Assembly: GCA_013202715.1 (NCBI GenBank) | Contig: JABMRF010000007.1 | Location: 8,566-72,565, forward strand | From: Candidatus Kuenenbacteria bacterium | GTDB lineage: Bacteria > Patescibacteriota > Patescibacteriia > UBA11705 > JABHMO01 | Length of the DNA stretch: 64,000 nt | Direction of reading: 5' to 3' | Part shown: positions 45,350 through 55,825 of the stretch, piece after piece | Layout of the letters: every line of letters begins with the position of its first letter | Numbering within the stretch: the stretch's first letter is position 1 | Position numbers and translations under genes: made by a program | Notes under the pieces: model-generated | Database searches by the model: none | Told to the model about the DNA's origin: nothing | What the model saw: the letters and a program-made list of their open reading frames with translations, nothing else

Positions 45350-46511
45350 ATTGAGAACAATCAAGAGCGTAAATTTGAAAAACAAGCATATTGTACTGCG
45401 GGTAGATTTTAATGTTCCTGTGAAAAATGGGAAAGTCCTAGATGATACAAAAATTGAACGGGCCCTGCCAACCATTAAATATTTACTTAAACAAAGATGC
45501 AAGTTGGCAATTGTTTCTCACTTTGGACGGCCGGAAGGACGACAAGTCAAGAAATTAAGTTTAGAGCCGGTTTACGCAGTTTTAAAAAATAAACTGCCAA
45601 AGGCAGCGATACAATTTAAAAATGGAATTCCCAAGTTGGCCTCTTCAGTTCTTGCTCAAAATGATATCGTTCTTCTTGAGAATATTCGTTTTGACAAGAG
45701 AGAAGATGAGAACTCAGTTGTCCTGGCAAAAGAATTAGCAAAGATGGGAGAAGTATTTGTAAACGAAGCATTCGCTTTTGCGCATAGAAAGACAGCTTCT
45801 ACAGTTGCAATTACAAAATTGCTGCCAAGCTATGCCGGGTTAAACTTTGCAGATGAAGTTAAGTTTCTGACAAAGGCGCTAACTCCAAAAAAACCGGCAG
45901 TAGCTCTGATTGGTGGAGCAAAAGTAAAAACAAAATTTGAAGTTGTGGAGAATTTCTTGAAAATATATTCAAAAGTGATGGTGGCTGGTGGCGTAGCGAA
46001 TACATTTTTGGCGGCCCAGGGATATGATATTGGCGATTCAATATCTGATCCATCAAAAATTTCTAAAGCAAAAAAATTATTAAAATCCACGAAGATGTTA
46101 TTGCCGCGTGACGTCTTAGTTAGCAATAAAAATCAACGAAAAGTAAGGGTTGTTAAAATTGAAAAGCAAAAAGTTTTGTGTAAAAAGGGCGAGCAGATTA
46201 TGGATATTGGACCGGAAACAATAAAATACTATTCGCAGCAAATCAAAAAAGCGAAAACAATAGTTTGGGGTGGTCCGCTTGGCATGTTTGAAAAACCAAA
46301 GTTTAGTCATGGAACACTTGCAATAGCAAAACTAATTGGTTCACGCGGTTCAAAACATGCGATTGTTATCGCCGGTGGCGGAGAAACAACACTCGCAATT
46401 GAAATGTCAAAGATGGAGAAGTATTATGATTTTATTTCTACCGGTGGAGGTGCAATGTTAGAATTTCTAAGTGGAAATATTTTGCCCGGAATTAAATCAT
46501 TATTAAAATAA
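45339..46511 (+). CDS. pgk: phosphoglycerate kinase
   Basis: …K.VL.RVDFNVP……HLGRP.G… and hinge motifs. Confidence 0.9.
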   Translation: MKNKLRTIKSVNLKNKHIVLRVDFNVPVKNGKVLDDTKIERALPTIKYLLKQRCKLAIVSHFGRPEGRQVKKLSLEPVYAVLKNKLPKAAIQFKNGIPKLASSVLAQNDIVLLENIRFDKREDENSVVLAKELAKMGEVFVNEAFAFAHRKTASTVAITKLLPSYAGLNFADEVKFLTKALTPKKPAVALIGGAKVKTKFEVVENFLKIYSKVMVAGGVANTFLAAQGYDIGDSISDPSKISKAKKLLKSTKMLLPRDVLVSNKNQRKVRVVKIEKQKVLCKKGEQIMDIGPETIKYYSQQIKKAKTIVWGGPLGMFEKPKFSHGTLAIAKLIGSRGSKHAIVIAGGGETTLAIEMSKMEKYYDFISTGGGAMLEFLSGNILPGIKSLLK

Positions 46512-46515
46512 TTTT

Positions 46516-47775
46516 ATGAGGATTAAGAAGATTTTTGCCAGAGAAATTTTAGATTCTCGTGGCAACCCAACAGTGCAAGCAACCGTGGAATTAGTTAATG
46601 GAATAATGGCAACTGCTTCAGTTCCGTCAGGTGCGTCAACAGGAATTCATGAAGCATTGGAGTTGAGAGATGGAAATAAAAAAAGGTATGGTGGAAAAGG
46701 TGTTTTGAAGGCAATAAACAATGTCAATAATAAAATTGCCCCAAAATTGAAAGGCATGAACGTTACTCAACAAGAAAAGATTGATCAATTTATGCTTGAT
46801 CTTGATGGCACACCAAACAAAGCCAAATTTGGAGCTAATGCGATATTGTCCGTTTCTTTGGCTTGTGCCAGAGCTGGAGCTCTCACCTCAAAAATGCCGC
46901 TGTATAAATATATTCGAAAAACCTACAAGCTCCGAGAAAAAGGTTGGAAGATGCCTTTGCCCACCATGAATATTATTAACGGAGGAAAACACGCTGATAA
47001 TTCAGTTACTGTTCAGGAGTTTATGGTTGTGCCAAAAGCCAGGACAATCGCCAAGCGTGTGCGAATTGGAACTGAAATTTTTCACGCTTTGGAAGAGTTG
47101 TTACAGGTTGCTGGCTATCAAACTTTAGTTGGTGACGAGGGTGGATTTGCGCCAAATCTGAAATCCAATGAGGAAGCCTTTGAATTCATTATAAAAGCGA
47201 TAAAAAAGGCAGGTTATAAGCCAGGCAAAGATGCGTTTTTAGCATCAGATTTAGCATTGTCAGAATATTTCGATAAAAAATCCGGTAAGTACTCGCTCAA
47301 TGACAAAACAGGGAAAAAGAAAGTTACTGCAGATGAAGTTATCAAAACGTTAGACAAGTGGGTGAAAAAATATCCGATCATTTCCCTTGAAGATCCATTG
47401 GACGAAGATGACTGGCTGAACTGGATGAAGGCTACCGGATTTCTGGGCTCTGGGGTTACTTTGATTGGCGATGATTTGTTTGTAACTAATGTGGAGCGAT
47501 TGCAAAAGGGAATTGATATGGGAGTTGGTAATGGAATCTTGATTAAACTAAATCAGATCGGAAGTTTGACTGAAACTATTGCTGCGATTTATTTAGCAAA
47601 GAAAAATAAATATAAAGTAAGTATTTCTCATCGCTCTGGAGAAACCAGTGATACCTTTATCGCAGACCTCGCTGTTGCTGTAAATGCCGACTTTATAAAG
47701 ACCGGTTCTCTGTCTCGCTCTGAGAGAGTAGCAAAGTATAATCGGCTAATGTCAATAGAGGAGGATTTGAAGTAA
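46516..47775 (+). CDS. eno: enolase
   Basis: …IL.AREILDSRGNPTV…SVPSGASTG.HEA.ELRD… signature. Confidence 0.95.
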   Translation: MRIKKIFAREILDSRGNPTVQATVELVNGIMATASVPSGASTGIHEALELRDGNKKRYGGKGVLKAINNVNNKIAPKLKGMNVTQQEKIDQFMLDLDGTPNKAKFGANAILSVSLACARAGALTSKMPLYKYIRKTYKLREKGWKMPLPTMNIINGGKHADNSVTVQEFMVVPKARTIAKRVRIGTEIFHALEELLQVAGYQTLVGDEGGFAPNLKSNEEAFEFIIKAIKKAGYKPGKDAFLASDLALSEYFDKKSGKYSLNDKTGKKKVTADEVIKTLDKWVKKYPIISLEDPLDEDDWLNWMKATGFLGSGVTLIGDDLFVTNVERLQKGIDMGVGNGILIKLNQIGSLTETIAAIYLAKKNKYKVSISHRSGETSDTFIADLAVAVNADFIKTGSLSRSERVAKYNRLMSIEEDLK

Positions 47776-47776
47776 G

Positions 47777-49336
47777 TTGTTACATTGTTTTATGAATCCA
47801 ATAGTTTTATTAATCCTAGACGGGTGGGGAATTGCACCCAAAAGTAAAGGAAATGCAATTGAATTGGCAAAAAAGCCGAACTTTGATTTGCTTTGGAAAA
47901 AATATCCTCATGCACTATTAAATGCACACGGATTAAATGTTGGTTTGCCAAAATATTATGTTGGAAATTCTGAGGCCGGGCATATTAATATTGGCGCCGG
48001 CAGGATTGTTAAGGATGATGCAGTTGAAATTTCTGAAGATATTTTAAATGGGAAGTTCAAGAAAAACTTGGCTCTAGTTCAAACAATTGAATCAGTAGCA
48101 AAAAACAAGTCAGCTTTGCATTTGATGGGAATGGTTTCGGACGGAGAAAGTCCTCATTCCTCACTGGATCATTTATATTCATTAGTTGATTTGGCATATA
48201 ATAAAGGACTTAGAAAAATTTACTTACATTTATTTACGGACGGGAGAGATGCTCCTCAATTTCACGCGCTTAAAATTGTGGATGAGGTTTTGAAAAATGT
48301 TTATGGAAAAGCTGTGATTGTCAGTTTAATCGGTCGATATTATGCCATGGATCGTGGAAAAAACTGGAAGCGAACTCAAAAGGCATATGAATGCATGGCG
48401 AGTGGCAAAGGCGTATTTTTTCGAGATTATCGAGATGCGATTATTCATTCATACAATAAAAAAGTAACTGATGAATTTATTGAGCCGTCAATTATTGGAA
48501 AAGATAAAAAGCAGGCGACTGAAGCTAGAATAAAAGACGGTGACGGCGTAATATTTTTTAACGCTCGATCTGATCGCGCGCGTCAACTTGCAAAATGTTT
48601 TGTACAAAAAGAGTTTAATAAGTTAAATCCTGGTGCGTTTAAACGAAGCAAAGTTTACAATAAGTTATCGTTTTGCGCTTTAACAGATTTCGGCCCGGAC
48701 TTGGACCATATTCTTACTGCTTATCCTTCGGCCGATCTTGATTTTACATTACCAAAAGTTCTGAAGGACACGAAACAGCTCTATCTCGCAGAAACGGAAA
48801 AATATGCTCATGTGACTTACTTTATGAATGGTGGAAGTGCGGATCCGGTTAATGGAGAAAAAAGAGTTCGAATTGATTCTCCTAGAGTAAAAAGTTATGC
48901 TCAAAAACCGGAAATGAGTGTTTATAAGATTACCAATACTTTGAAGCGCGCACTTGAGCAAAAGAAATATGATTTTGTCGCTGTAAATTTTGCAAATCCG
49001 GATATGCTGGGGCATACTGGAAATATAAAAGCAACTATTGATGCGATTCAGCACGTGGATAAATGTGTTAAAGAGTTGGCCGATTTGATCATAAAACAAA
49101 AAGGAACATTAATTATAACAGCAGATCATGGAAATGCTGAGAAAATGATTAATCTCGAGAATAATGAGATATGGACCGGCCACACAACAAATCCTGTACC
49201 CTTTGTTTTGGTTGCCGATGAATTCAAGGGGGCAAGATTGAAAACTGGTGTCCTCGGAGATATTGCGCCGACAATTTATCAAATACTAAACATGAAAAAA
49301 TTACCTAAAAAAATAAATAAAGGATTAATTAAATAA
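47777..49336 (+). CDS. gpmI: 2,3-bisphosphoglycerate-independent phosphoglycerate mutase, paralogue 1
   Basis: LLILDGWG…GNSEAGHINIGAG…TDGRD…ADHGN. Confidence 0.85.
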   Translation: MLHCFMNPIVLLILDGWGIAPKSKGNAIELAKKPNFDLLWKKYPHALLNAHGLNVGLPKYYVGNSEAGHINIGAGRIVKDDAVEISEDILNGKFKKNLALVQTIESVAKNKSALHLMGMVSDGESPHSSLDHLYSLVDLAYNKGLRKIYLHLFTDGRDAPQFHALKIVDEVLKNVYGKAVIVSLIGRYYAMDRGKNWKRTQKAYECMASGKGVFFRDYRDAIIHSYNKKVTDEFIEPSIIGKDKKQATEARIKDGDGVIFFNARSDRARQLAKCFVQKEFNKLNPGAFKRSKVYNKLSFCALTDFGPDLDHILTAYPSADLDFTLPKVLKDTKQLYLAETEKYAHVTYFMNGGSADPVNGEKRVRIDSPRVKSYAQKPEMSVYKITNTLKRALEQKKYDFVAVNFANPDMLGHTGNIKATIDAIQHVDKCVKELADLIIKQKGTLIITADHGNAEKMINLENNEIWTGHTTNPVPFVLVADEFKGARLKTGVLGDIAPTIYQILNMKKLPKKINKGLIK

Positions 49337-49337
49337 T

Positions 49338-50921
49338 ATGAAGTCAATACCAAAGCCAGTAGCATTAATTGTTTTGGACGGATGGGGCGTTGCTCCGGAG
49401 TCGGAAGGAAATGGAGTCACTCTAGCGAAAACTCCGAACTATGATAAGTATGTTTCCAGTTACCCGGCAATGACCTTGCTTGCGTCAGGTGAAGCCGTTG
49501 GTTTGTCTTGGGGTGAAATGGGGAATTCAGAAGTAGGTCATTTGAATCTGGGAGTTGGGAAAATATTTTATCAGAATTTACCGCGAATTGATAAAGCAAT
49601 TGAGGATAACAGTTTTTTTGAAAATGAAGTTTTGAAAAAAGCGATTGAGCATACCAAGAAACATAATTCAAAATTACACTTATTGGGTATAATTAGTCAA
49701 GGAAAGGTACATGGTGTGAATACTCACTGCTATGCACTGTTGGAATTGGCAAAAAAACAGGGAGTAAAAGACGTTTTTGTCCACGCGTTTCTAGACGGTC
49801 GAGATTCAAAGTTTGACAGCGGAAAAACTTTTATCAAGGAACTGGAAGAGAAAATAAAAGAAATTAAAGTTGGTGAAATTGCTTCTTTGCACGGACGGCT
49901 CTATGCAATGGATCGTGATAATCGTTGGGAGCGTGTTGAAAAAACATTTAAAGTTTTAGTTGAAGGCAAAAGTGAAGAATATGATAAAAATCCGGTTAGT
50001 TCGATTGAAAAGTCCTACAAGGACAAGGTTTACGATGAAGAATTTGTTCCGGTTGTGATTGGAAAGGAAGGTGCTCCTACCGCCGTAATTGAAGATAATG
50101 ACGCTGTGATTTGTTTCAATTACAGAGCTGATCGAGCCAGGCAATTAGCACATGCGTTTGTTCTAGATAAGTTTGATAAATTTGATCGTGGAGAAAAGAT
50201 AAAGAATCTATTTTTTGCATCAATGACTGAATATGAAAAAGGTTTACCTGTGGAAGTTATTTTTCCAAAAGAAGAAATTAAAACTTCACTACCGAAAGTA
50301 ATCAGTGAAAAAGGGTTTAAACAACTTCATATTGCTGAGACTGAAAAATATGCTCATATTACCTTCTTTTTTGCTGGTGGAGTGGAAGATCCATATGAAG
50401 GAGAAGATCGGATTGTGATTCCATCACCAAAAGTAGCTTCTTATGATGAAAAACCAGAAATGTCTGCGCGAAAAGTTACAGATGATTTGCTAAAAGAAAT
50501 ATTAAGTGAAAAACATGATTTCATTATTTTGAATTATGCTAATCCGGACATGGTCGGGCACACCGGACAAATTAAGGAAACGGTAAAATCCATTGAAACC
50601 ATTGATAAATACTTGGGGGAAGTTGTTGAAATGATTTTATCAAAAAACGGTTTGGCGATTATTGTTGCTGATCATGGAAATGCTGAGGAGCTGACAAATT
50701 TGCAGACCGGTGAAAAAGACAAAGAGCACAGTACGAATCCTGTTCCTTGTTTGATAATAGGAAAAGATTATGAAGGCAAAACAATTGAAGATGTTCAAAC
50801 GGTTGGTAATGATTTGAGTTTAGTTCAACCAACTGGATTGCTGTCCGATGTTGCGCCAACAATTTTGAAAATAATGGGAATTGATGCACCAGATGATATG
50901 ACCGGTCGACCTCTAATTTAA
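49338..50921 (+). CDS. gpmI: 2,3-bisphosphoglycerate-independent phosphoglycerate mutase, paralogue 2
   Basis: LIVLDGWG…GNSEVGHLNLGVG…LDGRD…ADHGN; divergent from paralogue 1. Confidence 0.85.
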   Translation: MKSIPKPVALIVLDGWGVAPESEGNGVTLAKTPNYDKYVSSYPAMTLLASGEAVGLSWGEMGNSEVGHLNLGVGKIFYQNLPRIDKAIEDNSFFENEVLKKAIEHTKKHNSKLHLLGIISQGKVHGVNTHCYALLELAKKQGVKDVFVHAFLDGRDSKFDSGKTFIKELEEKIKEIKVGEIASLHGRLYAMDRDNRWERVEKTFKVLVEGKSEEYDKNPVSSIEKSYKDKVYDEEFVPVVIGKEGAPTAVIEDNDAVICFNYRADRARQLAHAFVLDKFDKFDRGEKIKNLFFASMTEYEKGLPVEVIFPKEEIKTSLPKVISEKGFKQLHIAETEKYAHITFFFAGGVEDPYEGEDRIVIPSPKVASYDEKPEMSARKVTDDLLKEILSEKHDFIILNYANPDMVGHTGQIKETVKSIETIDKYLGEVVEMILSKNGLAIIVADHGNAEELTNLQTGEKDKEHSTNPVPCLIIGKDYEGKTIEDVQTVGNDLSLVQPTGLLSDVAPTILKIMGIDAPDDMTGRPLI

Positions 50922-50934
50922 TTATATTTAAAAA

Positions 50935-50968
50935 AAGAAAATTTCTCCACTGCAGGAGAAATTTTCTT
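50935..50968. terminator. bidirectional terminator (GAAAATTTCTCC-ACTGCA-GGAGAAATTTTC)
   Basis: 12-bp perfect stem between convergent genes. Confidence 0.7.
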
Positions 50969-50981
50969 GATTTGTGAATTG

Positions 50982-51410
50982 CTAAAAAATTAAAATATAC
51001 GATACTACAATTACTGCTCCGACTAAAGAACCAAAGAAAAGCTCCAGTGGTGTATGGCCCATTCGCTCTTTCAAGTGGGGGTATTTGTAGGATTCAGTTG
51101 ATTTGAGATTGTGAATCAGCTGGTTCAATTCCTGTGCATGCCTGCCTAATACCTGACGAAAACCACCAGCATCACGGATAACGATGATTCCCAGGATCAG
51201 GGCCAGGGCAGCTGCTGCCGAGTCCCATCCCTCAAAATAACCGGCCATTGCAAACAAGGCGGTCACTAACGCCGCATGAGACGATGGCATTCCTCCATAA
51301 CTGTTTAGGTCTTTCCAGGTAAACTGGCCTTTGATTCCGTTAATAATCAATTTAATAATCTGAGCAATGATCGCCGCGATGAGCGGGATTAAAATTAGTT
51401 GATAACTCAT
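50982..51410 (-). CDS. divergent PAP2-family membrane protein (YuiD/DUF212-like)
   Basis: …YGGMPSSHAALVTALFAMAG… typical. Confidence 0.7.
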   Translation of the reverse strand: MSYQLILIPLIAAIIAQIIKLIINGIKGQFTWKDLNSYGGMPSSHAALVTALFAMAGYFEGWDSAAAALALILGIIVIRDAGGFRQVLGRHAQELNQLIHNLKSTESYKYPHLKERMGHTPLELFFGSLVGAVIVVSYILIF

Positions 51411-51536
51411 ATTAAGAGCAGTTAAAAGGTAAAATGTCCCGCGTGACGGGATCCCGCTACGCGGGATAAAAGTTAAAAGTAATCGATTTATTGTCTTTGT
51501 ACTATTAACTTTGAACTTTGAGCTTTTAACTAATGT

Positions 51537-52349
51537 ATGTTATATATTTATTCGTTAATTCTTGGAATTGTCCAGGGCATAACTGAGTTTGTACCAGTTT
51601 CAAGTTCTGGGCATCTTGTAGTTCTTCACGACATTATTAATTTCAATGTCGTGGATAGCCTGGCTTTTGATGTTGCGCTTCATTTAGGTACTGTTCTCGC
51701 TGTGATTATCTTTTTTAGAATTGAGATACTTCGTTATATTGTTGCGATTTTGGAAATATTTATTCCAAAGCGAAAAGTTAATCGCCAGGATTTGAGTGAA
51801 GTCCTTTTGATAATTTACGCTACAATCCCGGCGGCCATAATTGGTTTTTTGTTTGAAGATGCAATCAAGAAATTGTTTAGAAATACAATCACTGTGATTA
51901 TTACGTTGGTACTCGGGGCTATGTTATTTTTCTTGGTTGAAAAATATGCAAAGCATTATAAAAATTTTTCCGGGATGGGGATTGGCAGAGCACTTTATAT
52001 TGGTTTGGCGCAAGCTCTAGCTTTGATCCCAGGAGTTTCCCGATCCGGCATAACCATTGTAGCAGGAATGAGTGTAAAATTAAAGCGCAGTGAAGCAGCT
52101 CGTTTCTCTTTTTTACTTAGCGCCCCGATCATCCTTGGTGCAGGTGTTCTTAAATTAAGGGAAATTGAGTGGTCTCTTTTGCCCGCGGAAGAAATTGGAA
52201 TGTTTATAATTGGATTCATTAGCTCATTTATTGTTGGATTTTTTGTTATTAAATATTTTCTTAAATTTTTACAGCATCACAATTTGAATGTGTTTGGGTG
52301 GTATCGAATTGGACTTGCTCTTCTCTTATCTGCCTGGTTGATTTTTTAA
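51537..52349 (+). CDS. uppP: undecaprenyl-diphosphatase
   Basis: …GITEFVPVSSSGHL… and …SRSG.TI… BacA motifs. Confidence 0.85.
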   Translation: MLYIYSLILGIVQGITEFVPVSSSGHLVVLHDIINFNVVDSLAFDVALHLGTVLAVIIFFRIEILRYIVAILEIFIPKRKVNRQDLSEVLLIIYATIPAAIIGFLFEDAIKKLFRNTITVIITLVLGAMLFFLVEKYAKHYKNFSGMGIGRALYIGLAQALALIPGVSRSGITIVAGMSVKLKRSEAARFSFLLSAPIILGAGVLKLREIEWSLLPAEEIGMFIIGFISSFIVGFFVIKYFLKFLQHHNLNVFGWYRIGLALLLSAWLIF

Positions 52350-52374
52350 GTAAAATGAGTTAAGGTTCATACAT

Positions 52375-53460
52375 ATGAAAATTATCATTCTCGCTGGTGG
52401 TGGCGGTACTCGCCTGTGGCCACTAAGCCGAGAAAAAAAACCAAAACAATTTTGTCAGATCGTTGGAGAAAAAACCATGTTTGAGCAAACCGTAGAGCGG
52501 TTTTTGCAGGATTTTGATATCAAAGATATATATGTTTGCCTGAATAAAGATCTTGCTCAAACAGCGCAAAGTTTAATGCCAAGTATTCTTCAGGAAAATT
52601 ACATTATTGAACCGGAAAAAAGAGACACCGCACCGGCTATGGGATTGATCGCTGCAAAATTGTACCTTGATTTCCCGGATGAGCCTATTGCCTATATTCC
52701 ATCTGATCATTCTATTACTGATGTTGATAAGTTTATAAGGATGATAAAAAGGGCCGATGAACTAATTTGGCAAACTGGTAAAATGTTTGACATCGCAATT
52801 CACCCAACATTTCCAAGTACAGTTCTTGGTTATACCAGGATCGGGAAGAAGACTGAGCTCAGCAGTAATGGAATTCAAATCTTTGAATTTAAAGGCCATA
52901 CCGAAAAACCTGAATTTGAGATTGCGAAACAGTATTTAGAAGATGGCGATTGTTTATGGCATGCGAATTATTACATGTGGACACCGCGAAAGATTCTCGA
53001 AGCATTCAAAGATTACAGCCCAGGTCACTATGTTTATCTGGAGCAAATAGTAGAAGCTCTTGGAGCGCAGGATTCTGAAAAGGCAAATTGGGCTTTTTCG
53101 CAAATGGAAAAAACATCTTTTGATTACGCTATCACTGAAAAGATCAGCCCGGAAAATGTTTTGATTATAAAAGGCGATTTTGGCTGGAGCGATGTTGGCG
53201 CATTTGATGTCTTGTATGAAGCGCAAAAATCAAAAGGTGACAAAAATGGCAATGTTGTAAAAGGAAATTATATTTCAAAGGACAGTGCGAATAATTTAAT
53301 TTATGGAAAAGCGAATAAACTAATTGCTGGAATTGAAATTGAAGATTTGATTATAATCGATACAGATGATGTGCTTCTTGTTTGTCCAAAATCCAAAGCG
53401 CAAAAGGTCAAAAAAATAGTTGAGAAATTAAAAGAACAGAATAAGTTAGAGTATTTATAA
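52375..53460 (+). CDS. mannose-1-phosphate guanylyltransferase-like nucleotidyltransferase
   Basis: N-terminal ILAGGGGTRLWPLS…KQF pyrophosphorylase signature. Confidence 0.75.
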   Translation: MKIIILAGGGGTRLWPLSREKKPKQFCQIVGEKTMFEQTVERFLQDFDIKDIYVCLNKDLAQTAQSLMPSILQENYIIEPEKRDTAPAMGLIAAKLYLDFPDEPIAYIPSDHSITDVDKFIRMIKRADELIWQTGKMFDIAIHPTFPSTVLGYTRIGKKTELSSNGIQIFEFKGHTEKPEFEIAKQYLEDGDCLWHANYYMWTPRKILEAFKDYSPGHYVYLEQIVEALGAQDSEKANWAFSQMEKTSFDYAITEKISPENVLIIKGDFGWSDVGAFDVLYEAQKSKGDKNGNVVKGNYISKDSANNLIYGKANKLIAGIEIEDLIIIDTDDVLLVCPKSKAQKVKKIVEKLKEQNKLEYL

Positions 53461-53461
53461 A

Positions 53462-54094
53462 ATGGAAGAGTTTCTTACAAATATCTATCATTACATTAAC
53501 TATTTGCCCCTAAAGGGCTATGGTGTAATATTTTTATTTTCGTTTCTAGAAGCTTTTGCTTTCGTCGGAATTTTATTTCCCGGAACAATAATTATTGTTT
53601 TGATTGGTCTTTTGTCATATCTTGGTCACTTTAATATTGCTTTAGCCTTTGCCGCAGCCGTACTTGGCGCCCTGGCGGGTGACTTGGGCAGTTATTATTT
53701 GGGCAAGAAAAAAGGACTTGATTTGAAATTAGGAGACAAAGGAATATTCAAATTTCTATACATGCCTGAAGCCGGAGAGTTCTTGCTTGAAGGCGGCGGA
53801 ATAAGTATTATTACTGGTAGATTTATTGGTCCTACGCGAGCATTTGTTCCGTTTTATATGGGCGCAGCAGGTGAAAAAGAAAAAAAGTTTATTATTTACG
53901 ATGTGGTTGGCGTTCTTGTTTGGGCAGCTTTTTATTTAATGCTTGGATATGTTTTCGGTAATTCGTATGAATTTGTAAAACAATTTATCAGTGGTTTGCA
54001 GTTTTTTGTAATTCTTTTTATAGTTCTTACTGTTGGATCCTTGGTTTTAACAAAATTATTTAAAAAGAAGTTACCAGATTCAGGTAAAAAGTAA
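53462..54094 (+). CDS. DedA/VTT-domain membrane protein
   Basis: …GYGVIFLFSFLEAF…LFPG… DedA motif. Confidence 0.7.
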   Translation: MEEFLTNIYHYINYLPLKGYGVIFLFSFLEAFAFVGILFPGTIIIVLIGLLSYLGHFNIALAFAAAVLGALAGDLGSYYLGKKKGLDLKLGDKGIFKFLYMPEAGEFLLEGGGISIITGRFIGPTRAFVPFYMGAAGEKEKKFIIYDVVGVLVWAAFYLMLGYVFGNSYEFVKQFISGLQFFVILFIVLTVGSLVLTKLFKKKLPDSGKK

Positions 54095-54166
54095 ATTGTT
54101 ATACTGTTGTATTGTTATATTGTTCAAAAACAGTATAGCAGTATGGCAATATAACAGTATAATCCG

Positions 54167-55162
54167 ATGAAAAAGTATTTAATTGTAGTAATTTTAATTA
54201 TAATAATATTTGCGTTCTATTTTGCAAATCAGATTTATAATTTTAATGACAATCAGTTTGGAGATAAGGTTTTTGTAATTGAAAAAGGTCAGAGTGTTGA
54301 GCAGATTGCAAAAAACTTGCAGGAGCAGGGAATTATTAAAAGCTCTTTTTGGTTCAAAGTTTATGTTTTTTCTACTGGCAACAAAGCCAAATTTGTTGAC
54401 GGTGAATTTAGTTTACGCACGGATACAAATTTGAAAACGATTGCCCATGAATTATTAACCCAAAGAGAGACAAATGAAGAGGTTGATATAACATTACTGG
54501 AAGGATGGACCATCGAACAGATGGATGAATACTTAGCCGTAAAATTATTGATCGAGCAGGGGGACCTCATTGATTACACAAAGAAATTTAACGATAAAAG
54601 TTGGTTTTTCTTAATTGATAGACCGAAAAAGGCCAGCCTGGAGGGATATCTTTATCCAGATACGTATCGAGTATACCAGCAAACAACGCCGGAGCAGATT
54701 GTAAAAAAAATGTTGGATAATCTGGAGACAAAATTAACTGAAGAATTGAGAGCGCAGATAAAGGCACAGGACATGTCCGTCTTTGAGATAATTACCCTGG
54801 CCAGCATTGTTGAGCGAGAAATGTTTGGCTATGAAAATCGTCGTGTTGTCGCAGAAATATTTTTGAAAAGACTAAAGATAGGAATGGCCTTACAATCGGA
54901 TGCAACTGTTAATTATGTAACTAGAAAGGGGATTGCCGCCCCCAGTCATGATGATATTCGAGTTGATAATCTATATAATACATACATGTATCCAGGCCTG
55001 CCGCCAGGTCCAATTTCAAATCCAAGTATTGAGTCGATCAGAGCTGTATTAAATCCAACAAAAACAGATTACTGGTATTTCCTGAATACACCTGAAGGCG
55101 ATATCATTTTTAGCAAAGACCATGATGAGCACGTAGCAAATAAATTTAAATACTTAAAATAG
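54167..55162 (+). CDS. mltG: endolytic murein transglycosylase MltG (YceG-like)
   Basis: LEGYLYPDTYRV and downstream …SIVEREM… motifs; N-terminal TM. Confidence 0.8.
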   Translation: MKKYLIVVILIIIIFAFYFANQIYNFNDNQFGDKVFVIEKGQSVEQIAKNLQEQGIIKSSFWFKVYVFSTGNKAKFVDGEFSLRTDTNLKTIAHELLTQRETNEEVDITLLEGWTIEQMDEYLAVKLLIEQGDLIDYTKKFNDKSWFFLIDRPKKASLEGYLYPDTYRVYQQTTPEQIVKKMLDNLETKLTEELRAQIKAQDMSVFEIITLASIVEREMFGYENRRVVAEIFLKRLKIGMALQSDATVNYVTRKGIAAPSHDDIRVDNLYNTYMYPGLPPGPISNPSIESIRAVLNPTKTDYWYFLNTPEGDIIFSKDHDEHVANKFKYLK

Positions 55163-55237
55163 TCTTGAGTCAAAATTCAGAAGTCTTGAGTTGTTAACTC
55201 CAGACTTTTGACCCTAGACTTTTGACTGGTAGTAAAT

Positions 55238-55813
55238 ATGTTAGACAAGAAATTTTGGAAAAAAACATTGGAAGACCAAAGTGAATATGATATTTCACGA
55301 CGGAAAATTATTAGTGAAGCTTCTGGTGCTCAGCATTTGGCGAAGCAGGCTATCTTTGCATTGCAAAGAGATGATAAACAAGAGGCAGAAGAAAAAATCG
55401 CTGTAGCAAAAGAAGGCTTGATAAGTTTAGAAAAAAGATTTGGTAAGGATGGGAAACTTAGAACTGAGGGCGTGTGGAAAGCGGCCGTGGAAGAGTTTGT
55501 GGAAGCAAAGTTGTTCATGGATTTTATTAAAAAAAAGGATATTCAAGGCATTGAAGAGTTTTTTGTTTTGCCGGATGAGTATATCGGGGGATTATCCGAT
55601 GTTACAGGCGAAATCCTGAGAATGATGGTGCTTTGGACTACAAAAGGCAACATTGAAGAAGTTAAAAATTCAGCGGAAGTGATCAGTGAAATAATTCATG
55701 AGTTGATGCAGTACAATTATGGCGGATATTTGCGCACAAAGTTTGATCAGGCAAAAAGATCTCTTCAAAAAGCAGAACAAATTCTTTACGATCTTAGTAT
55801 TCGGAAAAAATAG
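55238..55813 (+). CDS. translin-family protein
   Basis: C-terminus …YIGGLSDVTGEILRM……ILYDLSIRKK matches human translin …YGLYLSAELMRL……VVYDLSIRGF. Confidence 0.7.
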   Translation: MLDKKFWKKTLEDQSEYDISRRKIISEASGAQHLAKQAIFALQRDDKQEAEEKIAVAKEGLISLEKRFGKDGKLRTEGVWKAAVEEFVEAKLFMDFIKKKDIQGIEEFFVLPDEYIGGLSDVTGEILRMMVLWTTKGNIEEVKNSAEVISEIIHELMQYNYGGYLRTKFDQAKRSLQKAEQILYDLSIRKK

Positions 55814-55825
55814 TATATTTAATTT

